Assembly (NCBI GenBank): GCA_964428495.1
Contig: CAYRXY010000003.1
Span: 9,588 to 73,587 of the forward strand
Length of the DNA stretch: 64,000 bases
Direction of reading: 5' to 3'
Source of the DNA: an uncultured archaeon
Lineage (GTDB): Archaea; Aenigmatarchaeota; Aenigmatarchaeia; GW2011-AR5; JAHLMP01
In this document: in pieces, positions 18,369 to 27,867 of the stretch
How the letters are laid out: the number at the start of each line of letters is the position of its first letter
How positions within the stretch are numbered: the stretch's first letter is position 1
Position numbers and translations under genes: made by a program
Notes under the pieces: generated by a model
Told to the model about the DNA's origin: nothing
What the model saw: only the letters and a program-made list of their open reading frames with translations
Database searches by the model: none

Positions 18369-18806
18369 ATGAATACCAAAGAAGATTTCGAAGAAGCCCA
18401 AGAAAAGATAGAAAATGGTTGGATACATGTTTGGTTCATATTTGAAGTAATGGCTGTTACGAAGGAAGCAGCCGAAGAAGCTATAAAGAAACATATTGAA
18501 AGACTAGATCATGTGAAGAACGTGAAGATATATGAAGTAACGTATCATGATGCAGTTAAGGTTGATAATCCACCAGCCAACGTCAAGGAGGCATGGTCTC
18601 AGGTCTCTGAGGTCAAACTCGTTGTAAAGAGTCTGTTCGACCTTGTGAATATCACGATTCTCTATGCCCCATCTGCAATAGAGATAATCGAGCCTAAAGA
18701 ATATAAGATAAAGATAGATGAGGTTCAGAACATGGTTAATATTATCGCTGGTCTTGTTCATAGATTTGCAGCGGCAGGAGTAGGGGGAGTTGTGATTAGG
18801 TCATAA
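18369..18806 (+). CDS. Hypothetical protein
   Basis: The listed ORF begins at TTG 18306 in a hydrophobic leader. The in-frame ATG 18369 (MNTKEDFEE...) is preferred. No recognisable motif. Confidence 0.35.
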   Translation: MNTKEDFEEAQEKIENGWIHVWFIFEVMAVTKEAAEEAIKKHIERLDHVKNVKIYEVTYHDAVKVDNPPANVKEAWSQVSEVKLVVKSLFDLVNITILYAPSAIEIIEPKEYKIKIDEVQNMVNIIAGLVHRFAAAGVGGVVIRS

Positions 18807-18846
18807 ATTTCTACCAATTTTAAATACAAGTGTAACACTAAATAAA

Positions 18847-19239
18847 TTGTTGGTAGAAATGATAGACAGTAAAAAACTCGAGCTTATACTTCAAGAATTG
18901 ATAAGAAGGGCTAATCGTGGTGATAGAAGACTTAGAGAATTAGAGCAAAGAACTCAAGCACTAGAATCTAGAGTAAGTTCTCTGGAGGATTCTTTATTCA
19001 AACAGACAAAGGAATTAAAAAAGAGAATAATAGATCTAAGCATCGATATAAAATCTATTTCTGAGCAAGTAAACAAGATAGAAGAAAATATAGCAAGACT
19101 CAATGATCAAGCAAAGAATTTTGCTAGAAGAAAGGAATTGAAGGAATTGGAAAATATGTTTGAACTTCTAAATCCAATTCAACAAGAATTCGTCACAAAG
19201 GAAGAAGTTAGAAAGATGATAAGAGAATGCATGGAATAG
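18847..19239 (+). CDS. Hypothetical coiled-coil protein
   Basis: 130 aa with heptad periodicity (LRELEQRTQALESRVSSLEDSLFKQTKELKKRIIDL...). Confidence 0.35.
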   Translation: MLVEMIDSKKLELILQELIRRANRGDRRLRELEQRTQALESRVSSLEDSLFKQTKELKKRIIDLSIDIKSISEQVNKIEENIARLNDQAKNFARRKELKELENMFELLNPIQQEFVTKEEVRKMIRECME

Positions 19240-19240
19240 T

Positions 19241-20152
19241 TTATCCAAAAGAAGAGAGTACTATGATTATCAACGTGTAAATAGACAGCATCACCATACC
19301 AACCATTCGGTCCATTTTATACTTCATAAACAACAAGGCTAAACCATAAGTTAATAATAGGGACGCCAAAAGGGCTATTTCTCTAACACCAATACCAATA
19401 GTTGATATCGTAGCGCTTAGTCCGAGAATCAGCGCTATGTTAACAAAACACGAACCAAACACCGTACCAAAAATAATTCCCATCTCTTTCTTTCTAGCTG
19501 CAGACAAAGCAACCATAAGTTCTGGAAATGATGTTGTGATACCAACTACCGTAGCTCCAAGAAGTGTCTCAGAAATTCCTAGAATTTTCGAAAGTTCTAT
19601 AGAAGATCTTGTGACAACTTCTGCTGAAATAAGGATCATTACAATGATTAAAATCAATTTTCCAAGAATGATCAAAATTTCAATCGTACTACCTTTTTCT
19701 TTTCCATCCTTGTACTTTTGGTGTAGTAAAGAGTCTGAAAGGAAGAAGAATATTAAAAGGCTCATTAGACCAAAAGTGCTGTCATATCCATAGAACAGAC
19801 CGTAGAGAAGTAACAGTGAAGTTATGATAATTATCTCCTTAGCCCTTTTCAAATACTTCTCTCCTACACCAATGCCATAGACTAGAGCAGTGCCCCCCAT
19901 AACGAGTAATATGTCAGCTATGTTAGATCCGACCATAGTACCATAAATAAGATTCTGGGCATTACTGAGACTGGCTGTAATTGAAACCGAAAGTTCAGGA
20001 AGAGAGGTCATAATAGCTATTATAATAATCCCAATTGTCATCTTCATTATTCCCGTCAATTTAGAAAGCTTGATAGAATAGTCTACAGCGTAATCACTAA
20101 ACTTCATCATAAGTATCATTCCAACGAAAAACGTAAAGAGCCATATCCACAT
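19241..20152 (-). CDS. Na+/Ca2+ exchanger (CaCA family) membrane antiporter
   Basis: Two alpha-repeat signatures: GTMVGSNIADILLVMGG and LGATVVGITTSFPELMVAL. Start set to MWIW (ATG at 20152), because the first 24 codons of the listed ORF overlap tRNA-Ser. Confidence 0.8.
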   Translation of the reverse strand: MWIWLFTFFVGMILMMKFSDYAVDYSIKLSKLTGIMKMTIGIIIIAIMTSLPELSVSITASLSNAQNLIYGTMVGSNIADILLVMGGTALVYGIGVGEKYLKRAKEIIIITSLLLLYGLFYGYDSTFGLMSLLIFFFLSDSLLHQKYKDGKEKGSTIEILIILGKLILIIVMILISAEVVTRSSIELSKILGISETLLGATVVGITTSFPELMVALSAARKKEMGIIFGTVFGSCFVNIALILGLSATISTIGIGVREIALLASLLLTYGLALLFMKYKMDRMVGMVMLSIYTLIIIVLSSFG

Positions 20153-20154
20153 AA

Positions 20155-20239
20155 CGCCGGGGGCAGGATTCGAACCTGCGCGGAGCAAAGCTCCACCGGC
20201 TCTCAAGGCCGGCCCGTTGGCCAACTTCGGTACCCCGGC
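20155..20239 (-). tRNA. tRNA-Ser (UGA)
   Basis: GCCGGGG-UA-CCG-AAGUUGGCCAA-CGG-G-CCGGC-CUUGAGA-GCCGG with a 16-nt variable arm UGGAGCUUUGCUCCGC, then GCAGG-UUCGAAU-CCUGC-CCCCGGC-G. Confidence 0.85.
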
Positions 20240-20289
20240 CTAATGATTTCTATAAGCTTTTTATAATTATAAGTGAATTAATTCTTAAA

Positions 20290-20820
20290 ATGGGAATCAG
20301 CAAGGTAATATTAATATTAATTCAGATATTCTGGTTTATCCTTCCAGCCTATGCCGCAAACGCGTTTCCTCCTCTTCTAAGAGGTAAAAGACCATTAGAT
20401 TTTGGTAAGTCATGGAGGGGGAAACCAATTTTAGGTAAAGGTAAGACTATGGAGGGGACTATTGGTGGTATAATATTTGGTTGTCTTGTCGGATTCTCTC
20501 AACTCTACTTCCAATCTTATGTAGAAACTTATCTCCCATTAATTGAATTGACACCAATACTCGTGGTTCTACTGAGTGCTGGAGCGATTCTTGGAGATAT
20601 AGTAGCTAGTTTTTTTAAGCGCAGAGCTGGAATAAAAAGAGGTGAACCAGTTCCATTAATGGATCAATTGGATTTCATATTAGGCGCTCTTCTCCTTTCC
20701 TCAATATTCAAAAGACTACCACTTCTTCATTTTTCACTGATCATCGTCCTGACGCCTTTAATCCATCTTCTGGCAAATGGAATATCTTATTTATTAAAAA
20801 TTAAGAGCGTTCCATATTAG
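20290..20820 (+). CDS. carS: CDP-archaeol synthase
   Basis: LPAYAANAFPPLLRGKRPLDFGK...GKGKTMEGTIGG...GDIVASFFKRRAGIKRGEPVPLMDQLDF is characteristic of the CarS (DUF46) family. 5 TM. Confidence 0.75.
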   Translation: MGISKVILILIQIFWFILPAYAANAFPPLLRGKRPLDFGKSWRGKPILGKGKTMEGTIGGIIFGCLVGFSQLYFQSYVETYLPLIELTPILVVLLSAGAILGDIVASFFKRRAGIKRGEPVPLMDQLDFILGALLLSSIFKRLPLLHFSLIIVLTPLIHLLANGISYLLKIKSVPY

Positions 20821-20851
20821 TTTAAAAATCTAAAAACTAATTATCTTTCTT

Positions 20852-21337
20852 ATGATACATCTACCGATAACAGGTTTTGTTTCGGTTTTATTTAGTCCAT
20901 TGCTCTCGCTAAATCCAGCTCTAGCTATATTCATACTTTCAACGATTATCAGCTTTCTTGTAACCCTTCCCTACAGATTCTTAATACATCATGAAAAGAT
21001 GAAAGAAATTAAGGAAAGAGTGAATGCGTTGAATGAAAGGGCTAAGGAAGAGCAAAAAAATGGTAATACAGAAAAGGCAAATGAATTAATGATGGAAGTT
21101 ATGAAGCTTCAGGGACAAATGATGAAGCATATGTCCAAGCCGTTACTCCTTGGATGGATTGTTGTATTTATATTTCTTCCATGGATATCCCAACAATATG
21201 GCCATGTCACAATTCTTTTACCGTTCTCTCTTCCAATAATCGGAAATGTATTTCCATTTAATTGGATGGGTTGGTATTTTGTAACTTCCTATACAATGAC
21301 CAAAATATTCAGGGTCATACTTGGTGTAGAGATATGA
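20852..21337 (+). CDS. Membrane protein, possibly DUF106/archaeal YidC-Oxa1-like
   Basis: TM1, then a cytoplasmic coiled hairpin (KEIKERVNALNERAKEEQ...MMEVMKLQGQMMKHM), then two more TMs. This topology resembles DUF106 insertase-like proteins. Weak call. Confidence 0.4.
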   Translation: MIHLPITGFVSVLFSPLLSLNPALAIFILSTIISFLVTLPYRFLIHHEKMKEIKERVNALNERAKEEQKNGNTEKANELMMEVMKLQGQMMKHMSKPLLLGWIVVFIFLPWISQQYGHVTILLPFSLPIIGNVFPFNWMGWYFVTSYTMTKIFRVILGVEI

Positions 21338-21501
21338 ATCTGAATAAATCAATACTAAAGATTCTCGCATGTCCTAGATGTAAAGGTGAGTTAGAATACA
21401 ATGAAAAAGAGGAGGCTTTGATATGTAAAAATTGTAGATTAAAATTTAAGATCATAGATGGCATTCCAGATCTTCTATTAGAAGATGCAGAAAAATTTTA
21501 A
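21334..21501 (+). CDS. Trm112-like small zinc-finger protein
   Basis: MNLNKSILKILACPRCKGELEYNEKEEALICKNCRLKFKIIDGIPDLLLEDA matches the Trm112/DUF343 pattern. ATGA overlap with the preceding gene. The listed ORF starts upstream at 21262 with an alternative start. Confidence 0.55.
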   Translation: MNLNKSILKILACPRCKGELEYNEKEEALICKNCRLKFKIIDGIPDLLLEDAEKF

Positions 21502-21533
21502 ACAATAAAAGCTTTCTTTATTGATAATAAGAT

Positions 21534-21854
21534 ATGGACTATAAGAAACAATCTTTTAAGGATAAAACAATTAAGGATCTTAATACCGAAAAAGATGTTA
21601 ATGTTTCTGTGATTGGAAAAATAATAGACATTAAAGACGATATAGCAATAATCGATGATGGAACCGGAACAATTAGAGTAATATTTGAAAATTCTGCTAA
21701 AGATTTAAAAGTAGGTGATATAATAAAAGTATTTGGACAGTTAATTACAGTTCAAGGAAGTCCAGAAATAAGGGTAGAGGTTTACAGCGTGATGAAGGGA
21801 CTTGACCTGAACTTATATAAAAAATACTTAGAACTGAGGGATGAAAATGTTTAA
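21534..21854 (+). CDS. OB-fold nucleic-acid-binding protein
   Basis: 106 aa with an alternating beta pattern (VNVSVIGKIIDIKDDIAIIDDGTGTIRVIFE...IIKVFGQLI). Immediately upstream of, and overlapping, the pcna start. Confidence 0.45.
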   Translation: MDYKKQSFKDKTIKDLNTEKDVNVSVIGKIIDIKDDIAIIDDGTGTIRVIFENSAKDLKVGDIIKVFGQLITVQGSPEIRVEVYSVMKGLDLNLYKKYLELRDENV

Positions 21855-22590
21855 GGCCGTTTTGGAGGACGTCGCACTACTAAGAGATTCTATTGCAACG
21901 ATATCAGAATTAATCGAAGAGGCAAAGTTTAAGATAAAAAAAGATGGAATAGAGCTTCTTGCTGCGGATCGGGCGGTAGTCGCCGTTGTGGACTTCAAAT
22001 TTTCTGCTAAGAATTTCAAAGAATATGATCTAAAATCTGATGCTACGATTGGTATAAACTTGAATAATTTTTTACAAATACTTAAGAGAGCTAAAAGCTC
22101 TGAAATATTACGACTAGAATTAAGTGATGATTCATTTTCACTTATTTTCGAAGGTCGTTCTAAGAGAAAATTTACGCTACCATTAATAGAGATAAGGGAG
22201 GAAGTCCCAACCGGAATTGAAAAATTGAGCTTCCCTTCAAAGGTTGAGATCAGCTCTGGGGTTCTATCGGACGGAATAGATGATGCTGATTTAGTATCTG
22301 ATTCCATTGTGATGGAAGTTGAAAAGGATAAGTTCATGCTAAAAGCTCATGGAGATTCGACTTCTGCAGAGCTTGAGTTAAAAGCTGGTGAAGATTGTAA
22401 GATAGAAACTAAGGAACCAGTTAGAGCAAGATATTCAATAGATTATCTAAAGAAGATGCTTAAAGCCAAAAAACTATCCGAAAGAGTAACTATTGCCCTA
22501 AATACAAACTACCCATTAAAGATGAGTTTCAAATATCAGGAAGGACTTATAACACTAAGTTTCATTCTTGCTCCAAGAGTTGAAGAATAA
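21847..22590 (+). CDS. pcn: DNA polymerase sliding clamp PCNA
   Basis: MFKAVLEDVALLRDSIATISELIEEAKFKIKKDGIELLAADRAVVAVVDF... 247 aa. An alternative start at 21841 would add MK. Confidence 0.9.
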   Translation: MFKAVLEDVALLRDSIATISELIEEAKFKIKKDGIELLAADRAVVAVVDFKFSAKNFKEYDLKSDATIGINLNNFLQILKRAKSSEILRLELSDDSFSLIFEGRSKRKFTLPLIEIREEVPTGIEKLSFPSKVEISSGVLSDGIDDADLVSDSIVMEVEKDKFMLKAHGDSTSAELELKAGEDCKIETKEPVRARYSIDYLKKMLKAKKLSERVTIALNTNYPLKMSFKYQEGLITLSFILAPRVEE

Positions 22591-22622
22591 AGTTTTTTAT
22601 ATCGTCTAAAACCAATATTTAT

Positions 22623-23048
22623 TTGATAGATATGAAAGCGATAACTCCGGTAATTGCTATTGTACTCTTACTAGCAATAACAATTTCGATAGTAGCTTTT
22701 TCAATAACATATTTTCAGAGATTAACATCATCTGGACTTAAGAAAAGTACAGAGCAAATGGAAAATATCGAATATGGCAAGAATGTTGTTATAGATTCTG
22801 TAAGTACCAGTGGAAATCTAAAAGTCTATTTGAGATGGATTGGACCAAAATCGGTAAATGCAAGTGAGATTGCACTGTATGTAGATGGAAATGCAGTTGA
22901 ATGCAATCTCAAAGATCTCAGTGGAAACACTCTTTCAGAACTTTCTTCATCAAACCAGCTCGGTTATTGCAATACAACACTTACAACATGCAATAGTGTA
23001 AAGATAACTACTCCGACAAACATAGATGAAAGAAGTTGCAAATCGTGA
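22623..23048 (+). CDS. Putative archaeal type-IV-pilin-like protein (class III signal peptide)
   Basis: N-terminus MKAITPVIAIVLLLAITISIVAFSITYF resembles the prepilin/DUF361 N-terminal helix. 141 aa. Confidence 0.5.
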   Translation: MIDMKAITPVIAIVLLLAITISIVAFSITYFQRLTSSGLKKSTEQMENIEYGKNVVIDSVSTSGNLKVYLRWIGPKSVNASEIALYVDGNAVECNLKDLSGNTLSELSSSNQLGYCNTTLTTCNSVKITTPTNIDERSCKS

Positions 23049-23053
23049 TTGAT

Positions 23054-23281
23054 ATGAAGACAAAATCTAAAATAAAATCTGGAGAAAGGGCGACGTACAT
23101 AGAGTCAGTGACAATAGTAATTCTAGTTATTTTAGTAGCGATCAGCTTCATATTCGCTGGGTATGGCATGAATTCCCCAGCTGGAGTTTCAGGAAGCACT
23201 CTGACAAATATGTTGTTACTATTTTTAATTGCAGAAGTAGCAGTCATAATTCTGATGCTCTCCAGAATATACCACAAGTAG
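23054..23281 (+). CDS. Small membrane protein (2 TM)
   Basis: The listed ORF starts at TTG 23036. ATG 23054 (MKTKSKIKSGER...) is preferred. Confidence 0.3.
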   Translation: MKTKSKIKSGERATYIESVTIVILVILVAISFIFAGYGMNSPAGVSGSTLTNMLLLFLIAEVAVIILMLSRIYHK

Positions 23282-23321
23282 TTTATTTTTCTTTTTAATT
23301 TTCATTCTCAATATTATTACT

Positions 23322-24581
23322 ATGAAAAACGTACGTGGAACTAGGGATATTTTACCTCCCGAATCTATCATAAGAAAGGAAATAATAGATATTATTAGAC
23401 GTACCTATGAAGAGTTTGGATTTCTTCCTATGGAAACCCCTGCACTAGAAAAGTGGGAAGTTCTTTCAAAAAAGGGAGCTGGTGGATCAGAAGTATTAGA
23501 GGAGTCTTTCAAATTTAAAGATAGAAAAGGGAGAGAAATAGGGCTAAGATATGACATGACTGTTCCTCTTGCCCGGTTCATTTCTGAAAATAGATCAATA
23601 GTTCTCCCGTTTAAGAGGTACCAAATTGATCGTGTATGGCGTTACGGAGATGTAACTCGTGGTCGATTACGTGAGTTCTGGCAAGCAGATATTGATGTAA
23701 TAGGGAGCAAGGAGATAGAGGCAGATGCTGAGGTTGTTTCATGTGCAGTTGTAGCTATGAGAAGATTAGGATTTAGAAAATTCTTCGTAAGAATAAACAA
23801 CAGAAAGGTTTTGAATGATATAATGAATTATGCTGGTGTTTCTGAATCAAAGAGATTGGATGTCATCAGAACAATCGATAAGTTAGATAAAATAGGTGAA
23901 AAAGGAGTAGAAGAAGAGCTGAAAAAAATCATTGAAATAGATGTAGTAAAAAGACTTATGAAGGTTTTGAAGATATCTGGAAAAGATGTTTTGAAAAAGG
24001 TGGGGACCATAATTGGTAATACAGAAGGGCTCAAAGAACTGAAAAAACTTTCTGAAATATTGAATATGATTGGAATAAGTGAGTATAAAATAGACTTAAG
24101 CTTGGCAAGGGGGCTTGATTATTATACTGGTCCTATTTTTGAAATCTTCGCTGAAGAAGGTGTTGGAAGTGTTGGAGGGGGTGGGCGATATGACAACCTT
24201 ATCGAGCTCTTTTCCGGTAGAAAAATGCCAGCTACCGGAATCAGCCTTGGGATAGAAAGAATATTCGAAGTTCTGAAAGATAAATTCAAGGTAAAAGATA
24301 ATATTAAAGTTTATGTAGCAATTGCAAATGAAGAAGTTAGAGTGGAAGGAATGAAAATTACACTCTTACTCCGTGAAAATGGAGTTGCATGTGATATAGA
24401 CCTTATGAAGAGAAAACTTAACAAACAACTCGAGTATGCTGGAAAAATGAAAATTCCTTACGTACTAATCATAGGCTTAAATGATTTGAAAAAGAACATA
24501 GTAACATTAAGAGATATGAGTTCTGGTAAGGAGAGAAAGATAAGGCTAGATGATGTCATAAATGAATTGAAAAAACTCTAA
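23322..24581 (+). CDS. hisS: Histidyl-tRNA synthetase
   Basis: Class II motifs MKNVRGTRDILP, RYDMTVPLAR, FWQADIDVIG and GGGRYDNL, plus a C-terminal anticodon-binding domain. Confidence 0.95.
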   Translation: MKNVRGTRDILPPESIIRKEIIDIIRRTYEEFGFLPMETPALEKWEVLSKKGAGGSEVLEESFKFKDRKGREIGLRYDMTVPLARFISENRSIVLPFKRYQIDRVWRYGDVTRGRLREFWQADIDVIGSKEIEADAEVVSCAVVAMRRLGFRKFFVRINNRKVLNDIMNYAGVSESKRLDVIRTIDKLDKIGEKGVEEELKKIIEIDVVKRLMKVLKISGKDVLKKVGTIIGNTEGLKELKKLSEILNMIGISEYKIDLSLARGLDYYTGPIFEIFAEEGVGSVGGGGRYDNLIELFSGRKMPATGISLGIERIFEVLKDKFKVKDNIKVYVAIANEEVRVEGMKITLLLRENGVACDIDLMKRKLNKQLEYAGKMKIPYVLIIGLNDLKKNIVTLRDMSSGKERKIRLDDVINELKKL

Positions 24582-24700
24582 CCATAAAATCTTCTTCCGT
24601 TCCATCTTTCATGTATTACTGTTCCACAATTTCTACAAAACTTCAGACCACTACTATCCAAACCAAGGTTCGTGGAACCACAAACTGGGCACTTATTCAT
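24578..24700 (-). CDS. Possible 40-aa Zn-ribbon protein (MNKCPVCGSTNLGLDSSGLKFCRNCGTVIHERWNGRRFYG)
   Basis: Two CxxC pairs. Not in the ORF track (under 60 aa). Converges on the hisS stop. Confidence 0.3.
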   Translation of the reverse strand: MNKCPVCGSTNLGLDSSGLKFCRNCGTVIHERWNGRRFYG

Positions 24701-24796
24701 GATTAGCGTTTCTCTTAAAAGATAAAAATTGATTTCGGAATTTGAAAATCTAAATTCAAAACTAATATAGATAAACTATAAAATGAAAAGTATCTT

Positions 24797-25441
24797 CTAA
24801 TTCATAGAAATCTTTTTATTTAACCCTTTGTAGTATTTACACCACTCTCTTACAGGACAAATTTCACATTTTGGTTTTTGAGTTCTACAAATTTCCTTTC
24901 CAAACTCTACAAGAAGGAAGTTGACAAGTTTTCTTTTATTCTTTGGAGTAATTTTAAACAAATCTTCCTGTATTTGATCGTAGTCATTACTATTTGTAAT
25001 TCCGAGCCTCCTTGATATTATGGCCACATGAACATCAACAGCTATCATTGGTTTATTGAATGAGAATGCAAGAACACAATCTACGGTTTTCTTTCCAACA
25101 CCTGGAAGTAAGAGCATTTCATCTCTAGAAATCGGTACCTTACCATTATATTTTTCGATTAAAATTTTTGATATCTCCTTTATCCTTCTTGCCTTCACTT
25201 TGTAAAAACCCACTGGTTTTATTAAGTTTTCAATCTCCCTTACACTCAGACTAAGCAACTTATCCGGAGTATCGGCCTTAGAAAATAAACGTTCAGCAGC
25301 TTTATCTGTAACTTCATCTTTCGTTCTCTGAGAAAGGACTGTCCTTATTAGGACTCTAAACGGATCGTCTTTCTTCTTTTCCCAGTAATCGTATCTTTTC
25401 TCCAATATGTTTAGTATTTTTTGAAATGTTTTTTTATCCAT
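24797..25441 (-). CDS. nth: Endonuclease III (HhH-GPD DNA glycosylase)
   Basis: HhH-GPD region LLLPGVGKKTVDCVLAF and a [4Fe-4S] ligand cluster CRTQKPKCEICPVREWC. Confidence 0.85.
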   Translation of the reverse strand: MDKKTFQKILNILEKRYDYWEKKKDDPFRVLIRTVLSQRTKDEVTDKAAERLFSKADTPDKLLSLSVREIENLIKPVGFYKVKARRIKEISKILIEKYNGKVPISRDEMLLLPGVGKKTVDCVLAFSFNKPMIAVDVHVAIISRRLGITNSNDYDQIQEDLFKITPKNKRKLVNFLLVEFGKEICRTQKPKCEICPVREWCKYYKGLNKKISMN

Positions 25442-25490
25442 AAAAATTTATTTAAGTAAACAAAATAAAAGTAAAGAAGAGGGGAAGAAA

Positions 25491-25766
25491 ATGAACGCAG
25501 GAGTAAAATTGATAATAGGAATCTTGATCTTCCTTGTAGGGTTGTATTGGTATACAGTAGATTATATACCAGGAGCAGCAGGTTGGACAACTATAATCGG
25601 TAAAAAAGCGGTAGATCTTTTCATAGATGTATTTGTAGGAACGTTCGGTCTATTCTTGATAATATTCGGTCTACTAGTAGCCTGGGTAGAATACGAGGAC
25701 TTAAAATGGGGAATGGAAGAAAAGAAACAGCGAACAAAAACTAAGAGAAGGAAGAAAAGAAAATAA
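25491..25766 (+). CDS. Small membrane protein with a basic C-terminal tail
   Basis: 91 aa, 2-3 TM, ends KQRTKTKRRKKRK. Confidence 0.35.
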   Translation: MNAGVKLIIGILIFLVGLYWYTVDYIPGAAGWTTIIGKKAVDLFIDVFVGTFGLFLIIFGLLVAWVEYEDLKWGMEEKKQRTKTKRRKKRK

Positions 25767-25768
25767 AT

Positions 25769-26344
25769 TTACTTAGATTTTTTGGTTTCTTTCTTTTTTG
25801 ATTTTAATTTTCTCTTATCCGTTTCTATCCATGATATAGAGCCTAGCCAAGGCTGTCTCATTGTTAGACTTATCTTTGTACGATTCTTACCAAGAGAAAC
25901 ACCAACGATTCTTGCACGCACGACATCTCCAATCTGAAGTTTTCTCTTAGTTCTCTTTCCCATAAAAGTGCTGTTCTTTGGATCATAGGAAATTCTATCA
26001 TTCAATATTTGACTTACATGAACCAAAGCATCTAAAGGTCCTATTCTTACAAATGCACCAAACTCTGAAATATCGACAACCTCTCCAAGAACCACTTCTT
26101 GATTTTCTGGTTGAAATATCAAGACTTCATATGTGGCTGGGTAATGAATTGCTGGATCTTCAGGGACGATTTCTCCTTCACCAACGTTTAGAACCTTCGT
26201 AACTACTAAGAAAACTCCGATATTTGGATCTATTTTACCTTCAACTTCATCCCTGAGACTTTCTATGATTGCATCTTCTAGATCGAGGTCAAAATACTTC
26301 GGATGGACACGAACCTCATCTTCAATGGTTGCAAGTTTGAACAT
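25769..26344 (-). CDS. rpoE: DNA-directed RNA polymerase subunit E' (Rpo7)
   Basis: MFKLATIEDEVRVHPKYF... with a C-terminal S1 domain (GEVVDISEFGAFVRIGPLDALVHVSQI). Start taken at Met6 of the listed ORF, just after the stop of the upstream PIN gene. Confidence 0.8.
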   Translation of the reverse strand: MFKLATIEDEVRVHPKYFDLDLEDAIIESLRDEVEGKIDPNIGVFLVVTKVLNVGEGEIVPEDPAIHYPATYEVLIFQPENQEVVLGEVVDISEFGAFVRIGPLDALVHVSQILNDRISYDPKNSTFMGKRTKRKLQIGDVVRARIVGVSLGKNRTKISLTMRQPWLGSISWIETDKRKLKSKKKETKKSK

Positions 26345-26345
26345 T

Positions 26346-26690
26346 TCAATCCTCCACAAGATATTTTCTTTGTCTAAGACGTATAACCTTAATATTCTTC
26401 TCTTTTAACGCTTTTATAAGTTTTTTGTCATTTGTAACAACTGCATCTCCAGGCTTCACAATATTAAGAATAGCCTTATCAGCACTTTTCTCTGAAGTCT
26501 GAATAATTTTGATAGGTTGTGAAGCTATTATGTCAAGAGCTAGTTTTGCGTTTTTGTTCTTTATATTTTTTAGCTCTTCTATTGTAGAAGAGAGTACAAC
26601 AGGCTCTCCATATTTTAGAAAATCTATTAAATGATCAAATATATCCACATTCTTTAATTCAAGTAGTATATTAGTATCAATGATTATCAT
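26346..26690 (-). CDS. PIN-domain protein (Fcf1/COG1412-like)
   Basis: MIIIDTNILLEL begins a PIN fold. 114 aa. The position upstream of rpoE' matches the conserved archaeal PIN-rpoE' neighbourhood. Confidence 0.6.
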   Translation of the reverse strand: MIIIDTNILLELKNVDIFDHLIDFLKYGEPVVLSSTIEELKNIKNKNAKLALDIIASQPIKIIQTSEKSADKAILNIVKPGDAVVTNDKKLIKALKEKNIKVIRLRQRKYLVED

Positions 26691-26742
26691 AATGATTCTT
26701 TTAAAATTCTAATTTAAAAAACTCTGTCCAGAACTAAGAATT

Positions 26743-27867
26743 ATGAGCTTCGAAATCATTGAAAAGTTAGAATACGGAAAACTTGCAACATTTATACCTA
26801 ATAAAAACCTTCCGATATATAACTGGTTCTACTTCAAGGAGGGATTCTCTAGAGATTTGGCTGTGGAGTTATTCAGAATGTTTAATTTAAGGAAAGGTTC
26901 GTGGGTAATGGATCCATTCTGTGGAAGTGGTACAACGCTATTAGCTGGAAAAGAAAAGGGAATAAACTCAATTGGTTTTGATGTTTTACCTATATCAGTC
27001 TTTGTATCAATAGTAAAAACCAGAGACTATAATATTGAAAAACTTGAGAGAATTTCTAAAGAAATTTTAAAAATTAAATTCGTAAAACAAAAGTTTAGTA
27101 TATCAAAGAATGTAAAAAAATATTTCTCTCCGTACACATTAGAAGACATAATATTTTTCAAGAGATTGATTTTATCTCTAGAAAATCCGGAGAGAGATTT
27201 CTTTCTTCTTGCGTTAATAAATGCATCTATGAAATGTAGCTATGCTTTCAAGGATGGTGGGTTCGTCAAAGTGAGGGCCAAGAATGTACCTCCACTAAGG
27301 CAAATGTTTAGAAGACAAATAAAGAAAATGATAAAAGATCTTAAGGAATTCGAGGTGCAGAAGTGTAAAGTTATTGTAGAGGAAAGAGATGCAAGGACTA
27401 TAGACGTAGAGGATTCGGTAGATGCAATAATAACTTCACCTCCGTATTTGAACAAAATAGAATATCAAAATGTTTACAAAATAGAGCATGAGTTATTTTT
27501 TGGTAGGAAGAGTTCAACAACGATAAGATCATTCATAGGTACAATAAAAGAAAAGGACGAAGAATTTGGACATATAGACAAAATCGTTAAAGAAGAACAA
27601 GCAAAGAGATACTTTAAGGACATGTACATAGTAATAGAAAATTTATACAGAGCTTTGAAAAAAGGGGGGTGGGTAGGGATGGTCGTCGGTAATGGATGCT
27701 TCCCATCCAGTGTTATTGAATCTGACATTATTTTATCAAAAATTGCTGAAGAGATTGGCTTCACTGTGAAAAAAGTAATAGTACTAAATAAAAGATTTTG
27801 TACAACCCCGTCAAGGAGAAAGATAGGAACAGCTAGAGAAAGTCTATTGATCTGGGTGAAAGAATGA
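26743..27867 (+). CDS. DNA amino-methyltransferase (N6-adenine or N4-cytosine)
   Basis: Motif I VMDPFCGSGTTLLAG and motif IV IITSPPY. Confidence 0.8.
   Translation: MSFEIIEKLEYGKLATFIPNKNLPIYNWFYFKEGFSRDLAVELFRMFNLRKGSWVMDPFCGSGTTLLAGKEKGINSIGFDVLPISVFVSIVKTRDYNIEKLERISKEILKIKFVKQKFSISKNVKKYFSPYTLEDIIFFKRLILSLENPERDFFLLALINASMKCSYAFKDGGFVKVRAKNVPPLRQMFRRQIKKMIKDLKEFEVQKCKVIVEERDARTIDVEDSVDAIITSPPYLNKIEYQNVYKIEHELFFGRKSSTTIRSFIGTIKEKDEEFGHIDKIVKEEQAKRYFKDMYIVIENLYRALKKGGWVGMVVGNGCFPSSVIESDIILSKIAEEIGFTVKKVIVLNKRFCTTPSRRKIGTARESLLIWVKE

Noticed and set aside
20153-20224. N-terminal 24 codons of listed ORF 19241-20224 (MANGPALRAGGALLRAGSNPAPGV)
   Set aside because: This segment is the antisense translation of tRNA-Ser(UGA) at 20155-20239. 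The CaCA antiporter most likely starts at MWIW (20152).
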